The notes under the pieces were generated by a model. That model had not been told where the DNA came from and did not search any database. It saw only the letters and a program-made list of their open reading frames with translations. A program made the translations under genes and the position numbers. Positions 1 to 6,008 of a DNA stretch of 11,412 nucleotides are shown one piece after another (position 1 is the stretch's first letter; each line of letters opens with the position of its first letter). The stretch covers positions 1 through 11,412 of the forward strand of contig CAXHAT010000229.1 in NCBI GenBank assembly GCA_964014485.1. Direction: 5' to 3'. Source of the stretch: an uncultured Deferribacteres bacterium. GTDB taxonomy: Bacteria > Zhuqueibacterota > Zhuqueibacteria > Zhuqueibacterales > Geothermadaptataceae.

Positions 1-331
1 TTATCTTCAGCGATTTTTCCAGATAGTCGAGTGCGGCGTCATAATCGCCCCGCGCTTTAAAAATCTGACTGATGTTGTTGAGCGTCGTCCCTTCCCCGGC
101 GCGGTCGCCGATCTCCTGCTGAATCGCAAGCGATTTTTCCAGATAGTCGAGTGCGGCGTCATAATCGCCCCGCGCTGAGTAAATCTGACTGATGTTGTTG
201 AGCGTCGTCCCTTCCCCGGCGCGGTCGCCGATCTCCTGCCTTATCTTCAGCGATTTTTCCAGATAGTCGAGTGCGGCGTCATAATCGCCCCGCGCGTCGT
301 AAATCTGACTGATGTTGTTGAGCGTCGTCCC
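1..331 (-). repeat. 120-nt tandem repeat encoding 40-aa TPR units (2 full + 1 partial in window)
   Basis: Units 212-331, 92-211, 1-91; the two full units match at 111/120 nt. Confidence 0.97.
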
Positions 332-2887
332 TAGTTGCTTTTTTTCCTCTTGCGAGCCGGGCGCCGCCATCTTTCGGTGCGCGATTTGAAAAAAATGCAA
401 TGCTTCGGCAAATTTTCCCAAATAATGAAAAATTTGCCCCAGACGGTTAAGCGCCTCCCAATTCGCTTTCTCGCCCAGCCGCTCAACCATCGGCAGCAGG
501 AGCGTCAAGGCCTGGGCAAAATTTTGCCGGTTAAAAAACAGGCTGCTCAGGTTTTCGGTCAGGGCGTCGGCTTCGCTTTGTAAAGCGGCGGCCTCAAAAT
601 GCTCAATCGCGGCGAGGTCGTCGCTAATCAGGCGTGTCACGTTTTTGCCCATGAATTGCCAGTGGCGCGCCAGGCGGGCGCGGGTTTGTTTTTGCGCCTC
701 CGGCGGCAGGTGGCGGTCGGCGAGCAAGGTTTTCACCAGCGGCGGCGTTTGCCAGGTCGGCAAGTCGTTCAAGGGCAAAACCCCGGCGTCAAGCAGGCTG
801 TAGTCATTCAAGCGCTGCAGGGCGTTTTCCAGCGCGGCGTCGGCCTCCCAGAGCGCACGCGCGCCGTCAACAATCAGCGGGCGCGTTTCCAGGCAGAGCT
901 GCTGTAATAAGTTCTGCTCGTTAGCGTCGAGCCGCCGCCAAAGCTGGTCAAACAGCAGGTTTTGGCGCATGGCTTCGCGCACGGTATGAACGGCGGCCTG
1001 CCCTGTGGAATAATTGTTCAACGGAGCGTCGTCCGGCACGGTCAGGCCGTCAAATTTTTGTTCGAGCTGCGCCCAGGTTTCCGGCGTTTTGCACAGCAGT
1101 CCGGAGGCCCACTCAATACTGCGGAAATTGCCGCCGAGGGCGCGGTGTATGTCGCGCTTGTCCTCCGGCGTTATGGCCGCGGGCCACTGCCAGTCACGCA
1201 TAAAGCGTAAAATATCGCCCAGGGTCGCGTCCGGCAATTCGGTGTTTTGCATCTCCAGGTCGGGCGTCGGGTAGCGGCAGGTGAGCAGAGCGCGGCAGCG
1301 GTCGCCGAGGGCAAGCACGGCGTTTAGGCAGGCTTTCAGGCCGGAGAATCCGGGCGTAAACGTGCGCGTTTGCAGGTCGAGGGCGTCTTCCAGGTTGTCA
1401 AAAATAAACAGGCAGTTTTGGCGGGCGGTCAGCCAGTCGAGCATTTTGCGCAGGCGGGCGTCACCCTCGAACAGTTGCAGTTTTTCCAATTCATCCTTGC
1501 TCGCCAGATCAAAAAGCGCTTCGTGGAGCTGCTGCTCCAAAGCCACGAGATCGAAGGGCGGGGTGAAGGCGAAGATTCTCAGTTCAGGTCTTTTCTTTTT
1601 CAATTTCATCGCGGCTTCGTCAGCAACGGGAAAAGTTGGCTGTTCCTGCTGTAGTTTCATCGCGAAATGCCCGGCAACCGCGGTCTTGCCGGCGCCGCCC
1701 ATGCCGTGAATCATCAGATGCGGCGTGCGTCCCTGCGCCCATTGCCGGAACCATCGCCGCCGGAACGCCCGCCGTCCAATAAAGCCGTCCTTTTTCACCA
1801 ACAGATCGCCAATTTGCACGTCGGCGCGGCGAGTGCGGGTGATTTCTTCCGGCGCTTTGTCCGGGTCATGCCAGGCGAGGCTCGTTTTGCGCGCGTGCAG
1901 TACGGGAATGCTCCATTGCAGGGTGACTTCGTTGGGCAGGTTGCGCCGGGCTTCGGTCACGGCGCGGTCGAGGTCGTGCCCGGCGCTCATCTGGCGGTAC
2001 ATTTCGGCGGCAAAATGGGTGGCCGCCGCATCGCCCACGGAACGCCTCATGCCAATCACCAGGGGAATGTGTTCGTCGGCCAGCGCGCGTGCAAAAGAAG
2101 GGATGGCCTGCGCGGCGTCGGCGCGAGCGGTCTGGCAGGCGGAGAGCGTGACGCAGGGCGCGGGCTTTTGCGCCGTTTTGAGCGCATCGAGCAGTTCTCG
2201 CGGGGTCACGGCGCAGTGCAGGCCGGTGGTCTCGTCTTCAAAAGAGAGCACGGGGCCGGTTTCTTCCAGCTTGCCGTGCATGCTCAGGTGGATCACGTGG
2301 TAGGTTTCGCGCCGGAGCCAGTTTTCGAGCGTTTTCAGCGCGCCGTCTTCCGCCACGTCCACCACGGCCTCGCCGTTGGAGATCGCTTCGTCGAGTTGGC
2401 TGAACAGGGCGTTTTCCTCGGCTTCAAAATCGAGGCGGGATTTTTCGGGATCAAGGTCTTCCGGCGAGGCAATAAAAAGCAAAATGCGCAGGGGCTTGGC
2501 GGGCAGATCGAGCTTTTTGTCGTCGGGTTCGGCGCTGCGGCGCACCAGGGTAAAATCGGGATTCCGCGCCAGAAATTGCAAGCGCTCGTCGGCGTGAAAC
2601 GTCATTTCCCACGGCAGGTTTTGCACGGCTGCGTCTTCGGAGAGCAGGTTCAGGCGCACAAACGTTTGATTCGCCAGCGCTTGTTCGCGCGCCGCGAGCA
2701 CGGCGTCCAAGCCGCCGTCGAGAGAATCGGCCAGCAAAGACCAAAGCTGCGTGCCGAGGGCGAGAATGTCCCGGTCGCTCGGCGACTGGCGTTTTTCGAG
2801 CTTGTCGTCAAAGCTTTTCGCCTTGCGAGAAAGTAAATCGAGCCTGTTTTTTTCAGGCTTGGGTTGAATGGTCAGTTCGACTGGCAT
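1..2887 (-). CDS. CHAT (caspase-like) protease - STAND/NB-ARC-like NTPase - TPR repeat protein (NLR-like), 3' end outside window, >=962 aa
   Basis: Manual translation from ATG at 2887 (MPVELTIQPKP..., RBS AAGGGG 7 nt upstream) is open to the window edge. CHAT motifs: LPWE, PLRILLFIASPEDL, VIHLSMHG (His204), VTLSACQT (Cys251), VIGMRRSVGD, WSIPVL. NTPase: GFIGRR, Walker A GMGGAGKT (1682-1705), Walker B LFIFDNLE (~1388-1411), LLTCRY. C-terminal 40-aa TPR units GTTLNNISQIxxARGDYDAALDYLEKSLxIxQEIGDRAGE. Confidence 0.93.
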   Translation of the reverse strand, partial: MPVELTIQPKPEKNRLDLLSRKAKSFDDKLEKRQSPSDRDILALGTQLWSLLADSLDGGLDAVLAAREQALANQTFVRLNLLSEDAAVQNLPWEMTFHADERLQFLARNPDFTLVRRSAEPDDKKLDLPAKPLRILLFIASPEDLDPEKSRLDFEAEENALFSQLDEAISNGEAVVDVAEDGALKTLENWLRRETYHVIHLSMHGKLEETGPVLSFEDETTGLHCAVTPRELLDALKTAQKPAPCVTLSACQTARADAAQAIPSFARALADEHIPLVIGMRRSVGDAAATHFAAEMYRQMSAGHDLDRAVTEARRNLPNEVTLQWSIPVLHARKTSLAWHDPDKAPEEITRTRRADVQIGDLLVKKDGFIGRRAFRRRWFRQWAQGRTPHLMIHGMGGAGKTAVAGHFAMKLQQEQPTFPVADEAAMKLKKKRPELRIFAFTPPFDLVALEQQLHEALFDLASKDELEKLQLFEGDARLRKMLDWLTARQNCLFIFDNLEDALDLQTRTFTPGFSGLKACLNAVLALGDRCRALLTCRYPTPDLEMQNTELPDATLGDILRFMRDWQWPAAITPEDKRDIHRALGGNFRSIEWASGLLCKTPETWAQLEQKFDGLTVPDDAPLNNYSTGQAAVHTVREAMRQNLLFDQLWRRLDANEQNLLQQLCLETRPLIVDGARALWEADAALENALQRLNDYSLLDAGVLPLNDLPTWQTPPLVKTLLADRHLPPEAQKQTRARLARHWQFMGKNVTRLISDDLAAIEHFEAAALQSEADALTENLSSLFFNRQNFAQALTLLLPMVERLGEKANWEALNRLGQIFHYLGKFAEALHFFQIAHRKMAAPGSQEEKKQLGTTLNNISQIYDARGDYDAALDYLEKSLKIRQEIGDRAGEGTTLNNISQIYSARGDYDAALDYLEKSLAIQQEIGDRAGEGTTLNNISQIFKARGDYDAALDYLEKSLKI

Positions 2888-2969
2888 GGGTTTTCCCCTT
2901 GTTAAATCATGCTGTTCCAAAGAGATTTTTTTGAATTGCTAAAGTTTTTTTACCAAAAACATTCATTAA

Positions 2970-3551
2970 CGTCATACCCGCCCCCGCCTGCGCGAGGATA
3001 AACTCCGGCGGGTATCCAGACAGCGGCGCCACTGGCTGGATACCTGCCTGCGCAGGTATGACGCCAGGGAGCGGGTCGAAAAAAGAGCGAGCATTGAATA
3101 GTCACATAGCTTTCTATCAATAATTGTTCGCGCACGTCATACCCGCCTGCGCGAGGATAAACTCCGGCTGATCCAGGTTTTGGGCGCCGCTGTCTGGATA
3201 CCTGCCTGCGCAGGTATGACGCGAGGGAGCGGGTCGAAAAAAGAGCGAACATTGAATAGTCACATAGCTTTCTATCAATAATTATTCGCGTACGCCATAC
3301 CCGCCCCCCGCCTGCGCGAGGATAAACTCCGGTTGATCCAGGTTTTGGGCGCCGCTGCCTGGATACCTGCCTGCGCAGGCATGACGCGAGGGAGCGGGTC
3401 GAAAAAAGAGCGAACATTGAATAGTCACATAGCTTTCTATCAATAATTATTCGCGTACGCCATACCCGCCCCCCGCCTGCGCGAGGATAAACTCCGGTTG
3501 ATCCAGGTTTTGGGCGCCGCTGCCTGGATACCTGCTTGCACAGGCATGACA
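2970..3551. repeat. Tandem array of four CGTC-type REP doublets (REPIN/BIME-like) separated by a near-constant 71-nt linker
   Basis: Units 2970-3063, 3135-3221, 3293-3386, 3458-3551 (period 165/158/165). Each runs CG(T/C)CATACCCG...ATCCAG...CTGGATACCTGCCTGCGCAGG(T/C)ATGAC, with inverted ends and an internal hairpin (unit 4 slightly mutated). The right arm translates as WIPACAGMT, typical of this repeat class. Confidence 0.9.
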
Positions 3552-3592
3552 TGTGAGTGGTTGTCCTTGGCCAAGAAAAAAGTCAATCCGCT

Positions 3593-3880
3593 TCATAGCT
3601 TGTCGTATAAATCTTCCCATTTTGGGTTCATATCTTCAATCAACTTTAGTTTCCAGATGCGTTTCCATTTTTTAAGGCGTTTTTCTCGCAGAATCGCTTG
3701 ATACGGATCATCGATCCTTTCGAAATAGACCAGCAGATGGGTCTTGTGCTTTTTGGTAAATCCGTCGATCAGGTTGTTCCGGTGCTCGTAAACGCGCCGC
3801 ATTAAATCATTCGTGACGCCGACGTAAAGCGTGCCGTTTCTTTTGTTGGCGAGGATGTAGACGTACATGGGTTTGGGCAT
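3593..3880 (-). CDS. Standalone GIY-YIG nuclease family protein (95 aa)
   Basis: YVYIL...LYVGVT..L.RR..EH...E...A..REK.LK.W.R.WK..LIE..NP.W.DL pattern; conserved Tyr/Arg/Glu/Asn residues present. Confidence 0.95.
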   Translation of the reverse strand: MPKPMYVYILANKRNGTLYVGVTNDLMRRVYEHRNNLIDGFTKKHKTHLLVYFERIDDPYQAILREKRLKKWKRIWKLKLIEDMNPKWEDLYDKL

Positions 3881-3952
3881 GATACGTTTCTTTACTTTTG
3901 TTTCAGATCGTTCTTGATGAAGCTGTTCTGGAACACAACAAAGTTCACTTAA

Positions 3953-4037
3953 ATCATACCGCCTGCGCGAGGATAAACTCCGGCTGATCCAGGTTTTGGG
4001 CGCCGCTGTCTGGATACCTGCCTGCGCAGGTATGACA
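3953..4037. repeat. Fifth REP doublet copy, same orientation as the 2970-3551 array
   Basis: TCATACCGCCTGCGCGAGGATAAACTCCGGCTGATCCAGGTTTTGGGCGCCGCTGTCTGGATACCTGCCTGCGCAGGTATGAC; differs from unit 3135-3221 only by one missing C and the terminal bases. Confidence 0.93.
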
Positions 4038-4083
4038 TTATGGGACTGTTAAAAAAGCCGACATAACGTAATTGCGGACTTAA

Positions 4084-4308
4084 TCATTTGGGCTTCCGCG
4101 AACCGCCGCGAAAGATGGTTCCGGTTTCGGCGATTGCGCGGGGCAAGGTGACGATGAGTTCGTTTTGACAATATTGACAATTGACCATCACTTCCACTTC
4201 GCCCTTGGCGTTTTGGGGCGCGTCCGGGGCTGGATTGAGGTGAAACGGCTTGCTGCAATGATCGCAAGTGACTTGATAGACTTTTGGCTTTTCATTTGGC
4301 TGATTCAT
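4084..4308 (-). CDS. Small zinc-ribbon protein (74 aa, CDHC...CQYC)
   Basis: Internal ATG of ORF 4084..4416 with RBS GAGGA 6 nt upstream; two CxxC motifs; C-terminal tail TGTIFRGGSRKPK. Confidence 0.75.
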   Translation of the reverse strand: MNQPNEKPKVYQVTCDHCSKPFHLNPAPDAPQNAKGEVEVMVNCQYCQNELIVTLPRAIAETGTIFRGGSRKPK

Positions 4309-4421
4309 GGCAAATCCTCGTTTGAAGTTCTTTTCATGCAAGCCGTTCGGTCGGCAAAACAGATTCTTCCCAACCCGGGCAAGCCGGAACCAATCAGGAG
4401 CGTGATTCAATCTCATGACTT

Positions 4422-4562
4422 AACGCAGAGAGCTTCGCAGAGTTTTTTTAAAACAAAAATTTAGATATCCGTTTTTGCGCTATCGTACTTCGGATCTCTG
4501 CGGGGTTGAACTCAAAATTAAAAGTTTTCTGCGCATCTCTGCGTCCTTTGCGTCTCTGCGTT
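4422..4562. repeat. Short palindromic element built from CGCAGAG/CTCTGCG units
   Basis: AACGCAGAGA (4422-4431) is the perfect inverse of TCTCTGCGTT (4553-4562); four YTYTGCG units at 8-10 nt spacing in 4527-4560. Confidence 0.6.
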
Positions 4563-4622
4563 TTGGAAAGTCTTGCCAAAAATTGGCAGAAAATTGCTTT
4601 ACAGAAACTAAACGACAATTTT

Positions 4623-4661
4623 AAAAAACAAAGCGGGAGAGCAGGGTCGTTCAATCCCGCT
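4623..4661 (-). terminator. Possible intrinsic terminator after the TM gene
   Basis: Minus strand AGCGGGA-N16-TCCCGCT then TTGTTTTTT, overlapping the TAG stop; the loop is long. Confidence 0.35.
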
Positions 4662-5076
4662 ACAAATTCTCCGCAACGACAAGCACCCCGGCGGCAAAGA
4701 GGACAGCGGAAATCAGGAGAAATCCCCATTTCAGCCAACGGGCAAGCGAATAGACGCGCTGTATTTCTTCAGCCGCATTGCGCGTGTGTTTGTAGGGCAG
4801 CGGCATGAGCACAAGTACAGCGAAAATCGCACTGATCGCCCACAGCCAGAACGGCCAGCTTGCCAACTCCTGCGGGGTCGGCGTTTTGAGCGCGGTTTGC
4901 ACTTTCAGCGCTGCCGTGAAAAGTCCGGCAAAAACGCCGACCGCCGTGATGAGAAACTTGGCCGCTTCCTCCAGCCGTGCAAAGCTGTCTTTAAAATCTT
5001 CCCGCGCGAAATCGACCCAGAATTTGTCTTCGTCGTTGGGTTTGCGGCTCTCGAGATTGATAATTTCGTCGGACAT
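4660..5076 (-). CDS. Three-TM membrane protein (138 aa), unknown function
   Basis: Start MSDEII at 5076 with RBS AAAGGA 8 nt upstream; hydrophobic segments FLITAVGVFAGLFTAAL, WPFWLWAISAIFAVLVLMP, WGFLLISAVLFAAGVLVVA. Confidence 0.82.
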   Translation of the reverse strand: MSDEIINLESRKPNDEDKFWVDFAREDFKDSFARLEEAAKFLITAVGVFAGLFTAALKVQTALKTPTPQELASWPFWLWAISAIFAVLVLMPLPYKHTRNAAEEIQRVYSLARWLKWGFLLISAVLFAAGVLVVAENL

Positions 5077-5210
5077 GAGCATCGTCCTTTTGTTGTGAGA
5101 AATGACATTCGTGCCGGCCCAAACGGGCGTCGTCCCAAAGAGGTTTTGCAAGAAAACGAATTCGCGCTTCAAAAGCAAACGCATGAAATGAAAAAATTTT
5201 TTCTTTTCAC

Positions 5211-5239
5211 TTGACATTTGACGATCACATCGCTATTCT
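5211..5239 (+). promoter_or_regulatory. Sigma70-type promoter
   Basis: TTGACA (5211-5216) - 17 nt - TATTCT (5234-5239), facing the BlaI/M56 genes. Confidence 0.6.
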
Positions 5240-5382
5240 CGCGAAATGAAAAAATATTTACATCTTTTAACGCCGCCCGGCTTCTACTACTCAGCCGGTC
5301 AGCCGTGCTTGCGATCTTGATCGAAAAGTAAATCGCCCCCGGAGTCAAACGCTTCAGCGCTTGATTGTGATTTCCCGTCACT

Positions 5383-5502
5383 GGGGTTGTCCAAAAACAT
5401 GATTTTTGAATGAAAAACACACCACATGTAGGGGTTCAAAATCTTGAACCCCTACGACATGTTGTAGCACAACTTAAAAATATTATGTTTTTGGACAGCC
5501 CC
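5383..5502. mobile_element. 120-bp MITE-like element containing a GTAG-type REP hairpin
   Basis: Terminal inverted repeats GGGGTTGTCCAAAAACAT / ATGTTTTTGGACAGCCCC (17/18); ACT on both flanks (5380-5382, 5503-5505); internal perfect 12-bp hairpin GTAGGGGTTCAA-AATC-TTGAACCCCTAC (5428-5455). Confidence 0.7.
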
Positions 5503-5520
5503 ACTTCGAAAAAAAGTTAC

Positions 5521-5580
5521 TCATAAGCAGGAATCCATCATGCCCCGCCCTCCGGCAAAATAGATTCCTCCTGAATGACA
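5521..5580. repeat. Degenerate CGTC-type REP doublet relic
   Basis: TCAT..GCAGGAATCCA ... TAGATTCCT..GAATGACA: same terminal and inner motifs as the REP class, with hairpin halves deleted. Confidence 0.45.
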
Positions 5581-5615
5581 TTTTCTTGAGAAAGGTTTGC
5601 AATAGAATCGAATTT

Positions 5616-6008
5616 ATGGATAAATCACATTATCTCCACCTCAGCAAGCGCGAATGCCAAATCATGGACGTGGTTTACAAACTCGGTCAAGCCAGCGCGT
5701 TCGATATTGAAAAACATTTGGCCGATCCGCCGAGTTATCACTCGATTCGCGTCACGCTCGGCATTCTCGAAAAGAAGGGCTATTTAACGCATCGGCGCGA
5801 AGGGCAGCGCTATATTTTTTCACCGACCGACTCAGCGGAAACGGCGCAAAACTCAATTTTGGAGCACGTACTCTCGACATTTTTCAAAGGCTCGGCGCAG
5901 AACATCGTCTCGGCGGTTTTGAACATGCAAGCCTCAAAAATGTCCGACAAGGAGCTCGACAAACTCACGGATATGATTGAAAAAGCCAAAAGAGAGAATG
6001 CGAAATGA
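5616..6008 (+). CDS. BlaI/MecI/CopY family transcriptional repressor (130 aa)
   Basis: LSKRECQIMDVVYKLG...SYHSIRVTLGILEKKGYL...GQRYIFSP...FFKGS pattern; stop overlaps the M56 start (ATGA). ATG at 5616 preferred over TTG at 5586; start uncertain. Confidence 0.93.
   Translation: MDKSHYLHLSKRECQIMDVVYKLGQASAFDIEKHLADPPSYHSIRVTLGILEKKGYLTHRREGQRYIFSPTDSAETAQNSILEHVLSTFFKGSAQNIVSAVLNMQASKMSDKELDKLTDMIEKAKRENAK

Noticed and set aside
1..331. Diversity-generating retroelement VR/TR pair
   Set aside because: Differences are not confined to adenines of one copy, the repeats are tandem and coding, and no reverse transcriptase is in the window.
1667..2836. 389-aa plus-strand ORF and the other + ORFs in 335-2836
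   Set aside because: Antisense shadows of the CHAT-STAND-TPR gene; no recognisable motifs.
2970..3551. CRISPR array
   Set aside because: Repeats are 87-94 nt, intervening sequences are near-identical rather than unique, and there are no cas genes in the window.
2950..3552. 200-aa minus-strand ORF (and 3498..3701 +)
   Set aside because: Translations of the REP array; the repeat frame shifts at the 158-nt unit, so coding is not preserved.
4042..4057. GGGACTGTTAAAAAAG as an IS/MITE end similar to the 5383 TIR
   Set aside because: No inverted partner found in the window.
5077..5217. N-terminal extension of the TM protein given by the ORF track
   Set aside because: A good RBS precedes the ATG at 5076; the extension overlaps the AT-rich promoter/operator region.
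5269..5331. Leu-attenuator-like run CTT CTA CTA CTC
   Set aside because: Not in frame with the ATG at 5246, and no amino-acid biosynthesis genes follow.
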